Positions 46,487 through 56,245 of a stretch of DNA of 64,000 nt are shown piece after piece. The position numbers and the translations under genes are program-made. The notes beneath the pieces were generated by a model. The model searched no databases. It saw only the letters and a program-made list of their open reading frames with translations, and was not told the origin of the DNA. The stretch is from an uncultured bacterium (GTDB lineage Bacteria; Abyssobacteria; SURF-5). Every line of letters starts with the position of its first letter. Position 1 is the first letter of the stretch. The DNA is taken from positions 15,704 through 79,703 of the forward strand of contig CAZSKP010000006.1 in the NCBI GenBank assembly GCA_964607485.1. The letters run 5' to 3'.

Positions 46487-47395
46487 ATGAATGACAATCG
46501 CACAGAATGGCATCTTGCGGGTCGGACGAAGGGATTCTCGCTCATCGAGATGATTATCGCCATCGCGATTCTTGCGGTGCTGTCGGCCGCGGTTGTGCCC
46601 GTGTTGTATCGCGGCATCGACGCCCAGAGACATCAGGCCACGTTCGAGGAAATGGAGGCGATCGCCGAGGCGATTGTCGGGAACCCGGCCGAGGACAATT
46701 ACGGCTATATCGGCGACATGGGCGGTCTTCCCGCGAGCCTCAACGACCTGAACACCAACCCCGGCGCGACCACTCATTCGGTCCAGACGAACGGGGTGCC
46801 CATGGGCTGGAACGGCCCGTACTTGAACGTCGGCTCCACGCCGAACGATTACCTCTCCGATGCATGGAGCAGACCCTATGTCTATAACAGTGCAACCGGA
46901 CAGATAACCAGCGGCGGGCTGAATGGAACCGTCGGCGATGCAGACGACATCATCGTGCCGCCGAATCCTGTGGTCGCCTCCGGGACCGTCGCCGTCACGG
47001 TGACGAGCGACAGCATTCAGAATCCGGGAAGCACGGACACGCTTGACGACACGATGGCGGTCGTTGTGGTTCTGTTCTCGAACAACGGAGTCGAAACCGC
47101 TGCTGCAACAACCTACAATGGGTCGAGCTTTGTAGCCACCGGGCCGAACATTCACAGGGGCGTGCACGCCGTGATTGTGAACGGACTGGACGGACCGGTT
47201 GAACCAGGACCGGGCCAGGGCCAGGGTCAAGGTCAGGGACATGGCCAAGGTCAGGGGCAAGGTCAGGGCCAGGGGCAAGGGCAAGGCCAGGGTCAGGGCC
47301 AGAGTACCGACACCGATGATTTTTCTGGGCGGACTGGCGCCGCAAACGTCGTGGTCGGTCAAGGCGTTTCCACCGTGACCGTGTACATTCGGTAG
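46487..47395 (+). CDS. Prepilin-type pseudopilin carrying a (Gly-Gln)n low-complexity tract
   Basis: KG|FSLIEMIIAIAIL prepilin motif; GWNGPY; tract PGPGQGQGQGQGHGQGQGQGQGQGQGQGQGQGQS encoded by an imperfect hexanucleotide tandem at 47213-47300. Confidence 0.65.
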   Translation: MNDNRTEWHLAGRTKGFSLIEMIIAIAILAVLSAAVVPVLYRGIDAQRHQATFEEMEAIAEAIVGNPAEDNYGYIGDMGGLPASLNDLNTNPGATTHSVQTNGVPMGWNGPYLNVGSTPNDYLSDAWSRPYVYNSATGQITSGGLNGTVGDADDIIVPPNPVVASGTVAVTVTSDSIQNPGSTDTLDDTMAVVVVLFSNNGVETAAATTYNGSSFVATGPNIHRGVHAVIVNGLDGPVEPGPGQGQGQGQGHGQGQGQGQGQGQGQGQGQGQSTDTDDFSGRTGAANVVVGQGVSTVTVYIR

Positions 47396-47413
47396 GAAGA
47401 GGGCTGTCTCGAA

Positions 47414-49060
47414 ATGAAATCGCAATCTGTCCTCGCTTTGGAAGTGGAGGATTACAACCTGCTGGCCGTGGAGGCGGTCCGGAGGGCCGAGTCGGTCAAA
47501 GTCCTCAAATTCGGCCGATTCACCCTGCCCGAAGGAGCCAACGGCGAGGGGTTGGGCCGTGCGATCAGGACGGTTCTCCGTTCAAACGGATTCACCGAGA
47601 AAAAGGTCGCAGTCCTGTTCTCCAGCGAGTTTGTCGAACATCGCCTGCTCGACCTGCCCTCGGTTTCCGGATCCAAACTGGCCGCCATCGTCAAGGGACA
47701 ATCCATGAAGGACTCCCGACTGGCCGCCATCGAGCAGGTGCAAAACCAGTTCTGCGTCCTGGAGGAAGTCAAGGAAAAGGGCAAGACGAAGAAGAGGGTG
47801 TTCTGCACGAACTTCTCTCAATCGGAACTGCAAAACATATTGCTGTCGATGTCGGAGGCCGGGCTTAAACCCTGTTACGCAACATCGGCGTCGGCTGCAC
47901 TGTCGCAGCTTGCGCTTGCCTGTTCTCGTGACATCGGAAAGGGATGCAAGGCGCTTCTGCACATACGGGGCCGACAGGGACACATCCTCATTTTTGACAG
48001 GAAGGGCTGGTTGTTCTCGCGCGAATTCAAGCTTGCGCCCGGTTTCTCCGACGACTATGCCGCCCGCTCATTTGGCGAGACGGAGGACCCTTCCGAGGAC
48101 GAGCCCTGGTCTTCCTCCAGCGAAGACGAAACGGCGTCGGGCGGCGATGGCGGGCTCTTCGCGGATATGGCGATAGACGAGATAAACCGGTCCATTCTCT
48201 ACTTCAAGCAGAACAGCCGCAGGATGGTTGACGAGATTCTCCTCGCCTGCGACGACGAACTCGGGAGCGAGCTGGAAAAAAGGATCGTCGGGGAACTGGG
48301 AATTTCCGCGAAAAACTTCGATGCGTGCGAGAACGTCGATCTTTCGGGTCTCCATAGCTCACCCAATCAAGAGGCATTCGCCCTGAACGAATATCTGCCC
48401 CTTATCGCGCTCATCTCCGCGCCCGAGTCGCAGATATGCCCCAACCTGATTCCATCCGACTTTCTCGAGCGGCGGGCGAGGACGGCGGCGAAGACGATTC
48501 TGGCGGTCGTCGCGCTTGGACTTCTCAGCGCGGGGGTGGTCGGATATACAGCCCTTGCCTACAGCGACAGGACGCTTGCCGCCCTCTTGAGGCAGAAGCA
48601 GGCCTATATGGAAACGAGGCGGTCGCGCATTGAAAATCTGGCCGAGCTGATGAGCAGGAAGAAGTCGTTCACGAAAAAGGAGCTGATTCTGAAGCAGTCG
48701 CTCGCGCCCCAGCCTCCCTGGGCGGAGATGCTGAGGCGGGTGAGCCTGATGGCTTCCGATGAACTCCTGCTTACTCGGTTGTCGGTCGAGAGGAGAGGCG
48801 ACGGCTGTTGGGTCAGCGTCTCGGGCGAGGTGCGCGCGGCGAGTCCAAACGACGCCCAAACCAGCTTCCGAAAATTCTGCGATGAGTGGGACGGCTCAGC
48901 GTGTTTTTCACAGACCGTCCTGGAGCCGGTCAGGCTTCAGATAGTCGAGAACGATTCGGGCGGACAGGCCGTCGAGCCCGCCGCCGTTGCGGCCCAATCG
49001 AAGTACAGAGTGCTTTTCAGCATGCAGTCCAAACTGGTGGGAAGAGATGAAGCTTCTTGA
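47414..49060 (+). CDS. GspL-like protein (PilM-like actin-fold cytoplasmic domain fused to a PilN-like TM/periplasmic domain)
   Basis: 548 aa; single internal TM (ILAVVALGLLSAGVVGYTALAY); position in the operon matches GspL. Confidence 0.5.
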   Translation: MKSQSVLALEVEDYNLLAVEAVRRAESVKVLKFGRFTLPEGANGEGLGRAIRTVLRSNGFTEKKVAVLFSSEFVEHRLLDLPSVSGSKLAAIVKGQSMKDSRLAAIEQVQNQFCVLEEVKEKGKTKKRVFCTNFSQSELQNILLSMSEAGLKPCYATSASAALSQLALACSRDIGKGCKALLHIRGRQGHILIFDRKGWLFSREFKLAPGFSDDYAARSFGETEDPSEDEPWSSSSEDETASGGDGGLFADMAIDEINRSILYFKQNSRRMVDEILLACDDELGSELEKRIVGELGISAKNFDACENVDLSGLHSSPNQEAFALNEYLPLIALISAPESQICPNLIPSDFLERRARTAAKTILAVVALGLLSAGVVGYTALAYSDRTLAALLRQKQAYMETRRSRIENLAELMSRKKSFTKKELILKQSLAPQPPWAEMLRRVSLMASDELLLTRLSVERRGDGCWVSVSGEVRAASPNDAQTSFRKFCDEWDGSACFSQTVLEPVRLQIVENDSGGQAVEPAAVAAQSKYRVLFSMQSKLVGRDEAS

Positions 49061-49721
49061 CAATATCAGCTTTCGGATGAAGGCGCTCCTTTGCGTTCTG
49101 GCGATCGTTATCGGCATCAACGTGCTTTTTTTCGCCGTGTTTAGGCCGAAGATTTCTTCGATGGTCCAAACGAAGACGAGGCTCGAGACGCTCGTGGCCG
49201 AGATAAACAGGGAAGCCAGGGAAGAAACCGACTTCGTCGTACCCACCGCGGAGGAGCAGAGGGAGTGGATGGGGGTCGAGTCGGAGCTGAGACGGAGGAT
49301 TCCCGAAGACATGGAACTGCCTCGAGTGCTTGAAAGCATTGCGACATTGGCAAAGGACACGGGAATCGAAGACCTCACAATGGCCAGCCTGCCTCAGGAT
49401 GCCGATGAAAATGCACCGGGTGACCGGGTCGTCCAAATTGGCGACAAGAAGTTCTCACTCTCTTCCGGAGGCGACGCTCCCGAAGGGACGAATCCGCTGG
49501 GGAATCTGGAGCTGGAGCAGGCGACGATAGACATGACGTTTCACTCCGAGTACAAGGCGCTGGCCGAGTTTCTGGAGGGTTTGTGCGGCCTTCCCCGATT
49601 TGTGCTGATAAGGAAGCTCGACATCGAGCGCGAGCTCCCGATGATTTCGGTCAGCGTGTCCGTGAGAGTCTTCTCGCTCGCAGAGGCGCAGACGCGCGTT
49701 CAGACGATCGAGTCGAATTGA
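49047..49721 (+). CDS. GspM/PilO-like bitopic inner-membrane protein
   Basis: Start refined to MKLLDNISFRMKALLCVL, overlapping the upstream stop by 14 nt; single N-terminal TM then a periplasmic domain. Confidence 0.4.
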   Translation: MKLLDNISFRMKALLCVLAIVIGINVLFFAVFRPKISSMVQTKTRLETLVAEINREAREETDFVVPTAEEQREWMGVESELRRRIPEDMELPRVLESIATLAKDTGIEDLTMASLPQDADENAPGDRVVQIGDKKFSLSSGGDAPEGTNPLGNLELEQATIDMTFHSEYKALAEFLEGLCGLPRFVLIRKLDIERELPMISVSVSVRVFSLAEAQTRVQTIESN

Positions 49722-49732
49722 GGACAGCCAAA

Positions 49733-50308
49733 ATGGAACGGTGGTTTGACACGAAGCGATTGGGTCTGGGAATGCTTCTGGTGATATTCATTCTTGGCGC
49801 AGTCATCCTGTGGGTCGGCAAACCGAGCAATCTCGCCCATGGCAGCCTCGTGCGGCCTGAGCAGTCGCTCTCGTCGAGCGAATCTCAATTCGAGGCCGAC
49901 AGCTCATTAGAACAGATCAAGGGCTACTTCAATGACAAGTTCCTCGTGGACGATTACGTCCATGGCCCCGGCTGGTCGGAGCATCCGTGGGGGAGAAATC
50001 CCTTCCTGACGCCGGGCGAAATACGTTTCTTCGGGAGCGGCGAACGTACGGCGACCGCCCCGGGAAGCGCCGGCAACGCCGTGAGCAGCGGAATATCGAT
50101 AGTGGGAATCATGTTGGGCTCGAATGAAAAGAAGATTGCCTTGGTTGACGACGGAAGAATGCTTCGCGTCGGCGACAAAGTTGGAAACGAGTTGGTGGCG
50201 AAGATCGATATCGACGGCGTTGTTCTTGCAAGCAAGAGTGGAAGCAGGCGCATCGAGCTGCCTCAGAGCACGGTCCGATTGGAGAGCGCCACCAGGACAG
50301 TTGAATAG
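49733..50308 (+). CDS. GspC/PilP-like secretin-interacting periplasmic protein
   Basis: Start refined to MERWFD; N-terminal TM; C-terminal beta-rich region (IALVDDGRMLRVGDKVGNELVAKIDIDGVVL) resembles a PilP/HR domain. Confidence 0.4.
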   Translation: MERWFDTKRLGLGMLLVIFILGAVILWVGKPSNLAHGSLVRPEQSLSSSESQFEADSSLEQIKGYFNDKFLVDDYVHGPGWSEHPWGRNPFLTPGEIRFFGSGERTATAPGSAGNAVSSGISIVGIMLGSNEKKIALVDDGRMLRVGDKVGNELVAKIDIDGVVLASKSGSRRIELPQSTVRLESATRTVE

Positions 50309-50336
50309 AGGGGATTCCAAAAGAAGGAATAGGCCA

Positions 50337-52121
50337 ATGCATACGAGAGTTCTCCGACGTCACACTTCAGAGAAGCCCCGCCCGACGCTATGGATTGTTG
50401 TGACGGGATTTGGAGTTCTGCTGCTCTCTTCTCTTGTTGCTTGTTCGACATTGCAGCCGCAACCGCCGATGAAGAATATGGACGTCATGGTTGGAGCATC
50501 GTCCGAGCCCGAGCCGGCCGAACAGCCACCTAAGCTTGAAGAGAGGCCTCTGTTCCTGTTGGGCGAGAAGGAACCCCAAGCGGGCGAGACGGCGGCAGTC
50601 CTTCCGAAAAGATTTACGCTCTCCGTGCGCGACGCCGACATTAAGGACGTTTTGATGGCCTTTTCCAAAGACAGCGATTACAACATCGTCATTAGTCCCT
50701 CCGTAGAGGGAAAGGTTTCGGTTGACCTGAAGGAAGTTGACATCTTTCAAGCGCTCGATTCGATTCTGACCCCTCTGGGTTACACGTACATGCGCAAGGG
50801 GAATTTCTTCCGCATCATGCCCGAGCAACTGGTGACTCGTGCATTCTCGTTCAACTACGTCACCACTCGGCGCAAGAGCGAGCGCTCTCTGACATTCACG
50901 AATATGTCGGTTGTCGGTCAGACATCGAGCGTCAGTTTCACGGGCGGCGCGAGCGGCTCGAGCGGTTCGAGCGGAGGCGGGGGAGGGAATAACCAGAGCG
51001 AGACCACGCTTGATGATATCGTCTCCTCCAGCATATGGAACGATGTGCAGACGTCGCTGGAAACGATTGTCTTCGGCGATTCACAATCGTCTTCTACTGG
51101 CACGGAGCAGTTGACCGGATTCAGCCGCGGGGATGAGTTTGGCAGGCGCCTCATCGTGAATCCGCAGGGAGGAACGATCTACGTCTCGGCCTTCCCGCGC
51201 GAGATGGAACAGGTGGAAGCCTTTTTGAGCGACCTGGAGGAATCGGTCAGGCGCCAGGTGCTCATAGAGGCCAGGATACTGGAGGTGCTGCTGTCCGACG
51301 AATTCGCCTACGGCGTGAACTGGAGCTATGCCTTGAAATTCCCCCACCTGAGCGATCTGGGAGGAAACCTGCTCGATTTCACCGGGACCATTTCCGATTC
51401 CACCTTTAATCAGACCCTGGCGCCGGAGGAATCCGACTTTCAGATCGGTGTCGCCAACGACCATTTCTCCGCGTTGCTGAACACGCTCGCGAGGCGGGGT
51501 CAGGTGAACGTTCTGTCGAGTCCGCGCGTCTCGACCATGAACAATCAACCCGCCGTCATACGCGTCATAAGGGACGAGGTCTTCTTCCAGGCCGATGTGG
51601 CTCCGATCGTGATTGTCAATGGAACGGTCACGGGCGGCGAAGTGGAGTATAACCCGGTGGTCCTGCCCATCGGCGTCGTGCTGGAGGTCACACCCCAGGT
51701 CGGCGACGACGACACCATCTCCATGGACATACATCCGACCATTTCATCGATAGTGCGGGTTGAGAAGTCGCCGATCGGCGATGAGCAGCCCGTTGTCGAC
51801 CGAAGAGAGATCGACACGGTGGTCAGGGTGCGCAACGGCGACACGCTCGTGCTTGCGGGCCTCATTCAAGAAACGCATCAGGAAACCAACCGCGAAGTGC
51901 CTTTGGTCGGGAGAATTCCGGTCGTTGGCAGTCTCCTGTTCAAGGGTACGGACCAGGAAAATGCGAAAACGGAACTCGTGATAGTGATGAAGCCGACCAT
52001 CCTGAGCGATTTCAGGATTGCGCGGATCCACGAGGAGAGCATGAACAGGCTGGGACAACTGAAGCGAAAACCCTCCATGAACTTGAATCCTTACGTATAC
52101 GACAAGAAAGCCGGGGAGTAA
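50337..52121 (+). CDS. gspD: Secretin (GspD/PilQ family), probable lipoprotein
   Basis: Start refined to MHTRVL (AAGGAA RBS); lipobox LVAC; N0/N1-like domains; C-terminal secretin domain (VPLVGRIPVVGSLLF...ELVIVMKPTIL). Confidence 0.8.
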   Translation: MHTRVLRRHTSEKPRPTLWIVVTGFGVLLLSSLVACSTLQPQPPMKNMDVMVGASSEPEPAEQPPKLEERPLFLLGEKEPQAGETAAVLPKRFTLSVRDADIKDVLMAFSKDSDYNIVISPSVEGKVSVDLKEVDIFQALDSILTPLGYTYMRKGNFFRIMPEQLVTRAFSFNYVTTRRKSERSLTFTNMSVVGQTSSVSFTGGASGSSGSSGGGGGNNQSETTLDDIVSSSIWNDVQTSLETIVFGDSQSSSTGTEQLTGFSRGDEFGRRLIVNPQGGTIYVSAFPREMEQVEAFLSDLEESVRRQVLIEARILEVLLSDEFAYGVNWSYALKFPHLSDLGGNLLDFTGTISDSTFNQTLAPEESDFQIGVANDHFSALLNTLARRGQVNVLSSPRVSTMNNQPAVIRVIRDEVFFQADVAPIVIVNGTVTGGEVEYNPVVLPIGVVLEVTPQVGDDDTISMDIHPTISSIVRVEKSPIGDEQPVVDRREIDTVVRVRNGDTLVLAGLIQETHQETNREVPLVGRIPVVGSLLFKGTDQENAKTELVIVMKPTILSDFRIARIHEESMNRLGQLKRKPSMNLNPYVYDKKAGE

Positions 52122-52127
52122 TCCAAC

Positions 52128-53060
52128 ATGTACGAGGAATATTTCGGGCTGAAAGAGCTGCCGTTTCACATAACACCCGACCCCAAGTTCATCTTCATGA
52201 GCAACGCGCACAGAGAGGGGCTGAATCACCTGCTTTACGGAATCAAGATGCGCAAAGGCTTCCTCGCGCTTATCGGCGAAGTGGGAATGGGGAAGACAAC
52301 TCTGTACCGCTTCCTTTTCGAGAAACTTGGCCCCGCCTATCCGACGGCGGTCGTGCTCAATCCGCTCCTTACCGGCAAACAGATGATCACCGCCATTCTG
52401 AGAGATTTTGACGTTCCCGTGACTTCGATAGGAAGAACCGGCGAGGCTCTGGTCGATAAGCTCAACCGTTTCTTGAAGTCGAAAAACGAGGAGAAAAAGA
52501 TCCCCTTGCTGGTGGTGGACGAGGCGCACCAGCTTCCCGATTCTCTGCTTGAGCTGCTCCGAATATTGTCCAACTATGAGACCAATCGGCAGAAGCTTCT
52601 CCAAATTCTTATGGTGGGACAGCCCGAACTGCTCCGAAGACTTTCCTCGCCGGCCCTCCGGCAATTGAACCAGCGCATCAACGTACGCTGCTACCTCGGC
52701 GGGCTGGAGAAGGACGAGGTGAATCGGTACATCGAGCATCGGCTCACGGTCGGGGGCAACAACGGCAGTATTCGGTTCACTCCCGGCGCAAACCGGGTGA
52801 TACGAAAGTCTTCACGCGGCGTCCCGAGATTGGTGAATCAGATTTGCGACAGGGCGCTCCTGAGCGCGTTTGTCCACGGCGTTCGAGTGGTCCGCAGGCG
52901 AGACGTGAGAGAAGCCATTGTGAGCCTCGAGGGCGGCTGCAGCCTGTCGCCTCTGTCGTTTCATGGCCCGTCCGGTTCGGAGTCGTATGTGGGAAGCTCG
53001 AACCAGCGGTTGAAGTTCTGCCAGCTATCTCCCGACTTGAAGATTGGAGTGCACGTATGA
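52128..53060 (+). CDS. ExeA/GspA-like AAA ATPase
   Basis: Walker A GEVGMGKTTL; Walker B LLVVDEAHQL; AAA_22-like architecture. Confidence 0.75.
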   Translation: MYEEYFGLKELPFHITPDPKFIFMSNAHREGLNHLLYGIKMRKGFLALIGEVGMGKTTLYRFLFEKLGPAYPTAVVLNPLLTGKQMITAILRDFDVPVTSIGRTGEALVDKLNRFLKSKNEEKKIPLLVVDEAHQLPDSLLELLRILSNYETNRQKLLQILMVGQPELLRRLSSPALRQLNQRINVRCYLGGLEKDEVNRYIEHRLTVGGNNGSIRFTPGANRVIRKSSRGVPRLVNQICDRALLSAFVHGVRVVRRRDVREAIVSLEGGCSLSPLSFHGPSGSESYVGSSNQRLKFCQLSPDLKIGVHV

Positions 53061-54274
53061 GCCTTATCACGGAGGCGCTCAACAAATTAGACGACCGGAT
53101 GAGGCCCGGAGACGTGGACGCGCACGGTGGAGACGACGCCGAGCCGATTCCCATCGCTCGCAGGCAGACTGCAAGGAAGAAAAGAAAGAAGGCGCTCTAT
53201 CTTATTCCGGCCGCTCTTCTCATTATCGCAATCGGAGGCTTTCTCTCACTGAAATTCTTCGTGAAGCACCGGCCCGACAGAACCGTCGTGGCTCGGCAAG
53301 TCGAATCGAACAACGGAAGAAACGCTCCTGAAACCGGCGTGCCGGCAGTATCACAGCCTCCGGCGCAGGACGAACCGGCCGACCCGGCGGCGAGTGAGCC
53401 ACAGGATGCCTCCCAAGAACCATCCGCGCCGCCGGTTGAAGAAGCGGCAGCGGCGGCGACACCGCCGACAGCAGAACCGACTCCGTCTTCATCCGTCGAG
53501 AACCCCGGTTCCGAGACCCCCGTTGCCATTAACGAGGGAACGGTTGCAACCGAGGAACCGATTGCAGAAGAGCAAACCCCCTCCGAACCACCGGCCGAGG
53601 CCGCCATCGAAGAAGCGGAAGAGCATGATGCTGAAACAGCGTCGAGTCTTGTAACCGTATCGGCGACAGAGTCGATGCGTCAGAAATTTGCGGAGGCCTT
53701 CGACCGCGCGGTCGCTTATCATAGAGCCAAGGACTACTTCAACGCTCTCAGTTGCTACAAGCAATGTCTATCTATCAATCCCGATGCGTCGGATGTGTAT
53801 GCGAACATGGGAATCATATGCACCATCATGGAAGATTATGACGCCGCAATTTCCCATCTGAAGAAGGCTTTGAGCATAGACCCCAAGAACCCAACAGCGC
53901 ATAACAACCTCGGAGTCATCTACCTGCAACGCAACGACAATAAACATGCGTTCGCAGAATTTGAGTCGGCCCTGACTCAGAATCCCGACAACCCGGAAAG
54001 CTGTGTCAACCTTGGACTCGCCTGCATGGGACTGGGGCGTCCGAGCGGGGCGGCCCAGGCGTTTGAAGCGGCCTTGCGGCTTGCGCCCGCTCAGCCGGAT
54101 GCGCATTACAATTATGCCCTGCTCCTGGACAGGCAAGGCGACTATGAGGAAGCTATCCACCATTACTCGCAGTTTGTCCAATGGGCCGAGAAGAACGAAC
54201 CCCGGAGCGTCCAACAGGTGCGAAACCGAATTCTGTATCTCCAGAAGAAACGCCTCTCGCACGAAAGCCACTAA
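53057..54274 (+). CDS. Bitopic TPR-repeat protein (ExeB/GspB-like partner of ExeA)
   Basis: Start refined to MSLITEALNKL (ATGA overlap with upstream stop); TM helix; Pro/Glu/Ala-rich linker; at least four TPR motifs. Confidence 0.6.
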   Translation: MSLITEALNKLDDRMRPGDVDAHGGDDAEPIPIARRQTARKKRKKALYLIPAALLIIAIGGFLSLKFFVKHRPDRTVVARQVESNNGRNAPETGVPAVSQPPAQDEPADPAASEPQDASQEPSAPPVEEAAAAATPPTAEPTPSSSVENPGSETPVAINEGTVATEEPIAEEQTPSEPPAEAAIEEAEEHDAETASSLVTVSATESMRQKFAEAFDRAVAYHRAKDYFNALSCYKQCLSINPDASDVYANMGIICTIMEDYDAAISHLKKALSIDPKNPTAHNNLGVIYLQRNDNKHAFAEFESALTQNPDNPESCVNLGLACMGLGRPSGAAQAFEAALRLAPAQPDAHYNYALLLDRQGDYEEAIHHYSQFVQWAEKNEPRSVQQVRNRILYLQKKRLSHESH

Positions 54275-54285
54275 GGAGAACCGAG

Positions 54286-55836
54286 TTGATTGAGGATATC
54301 AATGTAAAAAGACTGCTCGCTGAATCGGACAATCTTCCCACAATGCCGGCAGTAGCCAGCCAGCTCTTGGTAATCACAGAGTGGGAGAATGTGGACTTGG
54401 GCAAGGTGGCGGAGACGATAAGCAAGGATGTCTCGCTCACCTCCAAGATCCTGCGCGTAGTCAACTCGCCCTTCTACGGGCTGGGGCAGGAAATAAGCAC
54501 CATATCGCAGGCGCTGGTAGTGCTCGGGGCACGGGCCACGCGGTCGCTTACTCTCAGCTTTTCCATATTGACGATGTGCAAGGGCGACGGGACGTCTCGG
54601 TTTGATTATCCCGGCTTCTGGACACGGTCGCTCAACACGGCGGCCGTTGCGCGCGAACTTGCGTTCGCTGTGGGGCTTCGGACAGAGGAAGAGGCCTTCC
54701 TCGCAGGGCTGTTACAGAACATGGGCGTCATGGTGGTCGCCCGATGTGTTCCACAATTGTATGCTCGCGTCGTCGGGGAAGCCGGAGACAAACTCGCGCC
54801 TTCGCTTGAGGCGGAGAGAGAGCACCTGGGCATCGACCACGTCGAGGTGGCCAAATTGCTTTTCGAGAAATGGAATCTGCCGGCCTCGCTGTGCATACCG
54901 ATCTTCTACCACCACACCCCGGAGAAAGCGAATAACGCCGAGGGCCAGACGCTTACCTCGATTCGCATCCAATATTTTGCGGGACGCGTCGGAGAGTGGC
55001 TGTATAGCCACGACGGCGACGACGCATTGCTGCAAGAACTTAAGAAAGAAGCGTCACAGTATTTCGATATTTCTCCAAACGAATTCGAAGCGCTCATGTA
55101 CCGGGTTGACACCAAGATGGAGGAGATGTCTGAGCTTTTTGAATTGAGCAAATCAAGGCCCAATACCTATGCGAATCTTCTGGAACAGGCGAATCTTAAG
55201 CTCGGCGATATCGTCAGCAAACAGGAACGCCTTCTCAGGGAGCTCGAAGCGGCCAAGGTCGAGGCGCAGACGCTCGCCGAACAGCTCCGCATAGCGAACA
55301 ATAAGCTGCTTGAGGAAGCGCGGAGAGACCCGCTCACCGACCTGCCCAACCGGCGACTGTTTGAAGAGTTCCTCCGGAAAGAACTGGAGCGTTCGATACG
55401 ATACCATCATCCTATTGCGTTGTTGTTCATCGATATCGACGACTTCAAGTCGTTGAACGACCGGTACGGGCACCTGGAGGGAGATTCGGCGCTGAGGCAG
55501 GTGGCACACGTTCTGGGGAAAGGAGTTCGCGTGAGCGACATCGTGGCCCGCTACGGCGGGGAAGAGTTTATCGTGGCGCTTGTGGAAACCAGGAGCACCG
55601 AAGCGATGGCGGTCGCCGAACGGCTCAGGCGCTCCATCGAGGAGACGCCGATTCATTCCAGTGAAGGTGACACGCCCATACGCCTGACCGCGAGCATAGG
55701 CGCAACGACGTGGGAACCCCCCAGCCAGCCCGTGAGCATAGACGAGCTCATAGAAGAGGCCGACCGCGCCATGTATCGGGCCAAGAAAGCGGGAAAAAAT
55801 TGCGTTGTAACTGAAAATGAGCAGGTCCCGCAGTAG
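54286..55836 (+). CDS. HDOD-domain / GGDEF-domain protein (diguanylate cyclase)
   Basis: TTG start 6 nt after an AAGGAG RBS and 12 nt after the upstream stop; HDOD region; coiled coil; GGDEF domain with an intact RYGGEEF active site. Confidence 0.8.
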   Translation: MIEDINVKRLLAESDNLPTMPAVASQLLVITEWENVDLGKVAETISKDVSLTSKILRVVNSPFYGLGQEISTISQALVVLGARATRSLTLSFSILTMCKGDGTSRFDYPGFWTRSLNTAAVARELAFAVGLRTEEEAFLAGLLQNMGVMVVARCVPQLYARVVGEAGDKLAPSLEAEREHLGIDHVEVAKLLFEKWNLPASLCIPIFYHHTPEKANNAEGQTLTSIRIQYFAGRVGEWLYSHDGDDALLQELKKEASQYFDISPNEFEALMYRVDTKMEEMSELFELSKSRPNTYANLLEQANLKLGDIVSKQERLLRELEAAKVEAQTLAEQLRIANNKLLEEARRDPLTDLPNRRLFEEFLRKELERSIRYHHPIALLFIDIDDFKSLNDRYGHLEGDSALRQVAHVLGKGVRVSDIVARYGGEEFIVALVETRSTEAMAVAERLRRSIEETPIHSSEGDTPIRLTASIGATTWEPPSQPVSIDELIEEADRAMYRAKKAGKNCVVTENEQVPQ

Positions 55837-55988
55837 CGGCCCAGAGCAGCCGCAGTCCATCCCAACCCCGGGATCCACCGGCAAAAGCGAGAATCCCATC
55901 CCTCATACCCGCCTCGCCCCTCTTTTTCCGCAATGAAGGAAAACCAAGAAAAGAACGGCCTATTGCCCAAAAAAACAAGTACCTATTT

Positions 55989-56094
55989 GTCATTCTGATC
56001 GAAGCGAAGAATCTCTGTTTTGAGATGAACATTTCCAGAAAAGCGAGAGATTCTTCGTCGCCCGGGTCTGCGACCCTTCGCTCCTCAGAATGAG
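55989..56094. repeat. Palindromic repeat copy (GTCATTCTGATCGAAGCGAAGAATCTC ... GATTCTTCG[ins]TTCGCTCCTCAGAATGA)
   Basis: Direct reading; the right arm is interrupted by a 19-nt insertion. Confidence 0.7.
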
Positions 56095-56245
56095 AGTTCT
56101 GATAGACTTAGGAAACAAGAACCTGTTTGCGCAACACGCCGAAAAAAGGAGATTTTTCCGTCGATTTAGGGCTTGACAGCCGGCCGGTTTGGTGGTATAA
56201 TGACACTGCGACGATATTATGACATAGTGTCAGAGGAGGCTCTGC

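Noticed and set aside
44890-46617. 575-aa minus-strand ORF
   Set aside because: Antisense to gspE and gspF and spanning the repeat element; no coding signal.
47213-47300. Hexanucleotide tandem repeat considered as a noncoding satellite or CRISPR-like array
   Set aside because: It is in frame inside a pseudopilin CDS and lacks spacer/repeat alternation. No CRISPR arrays were found anywhere in the window.
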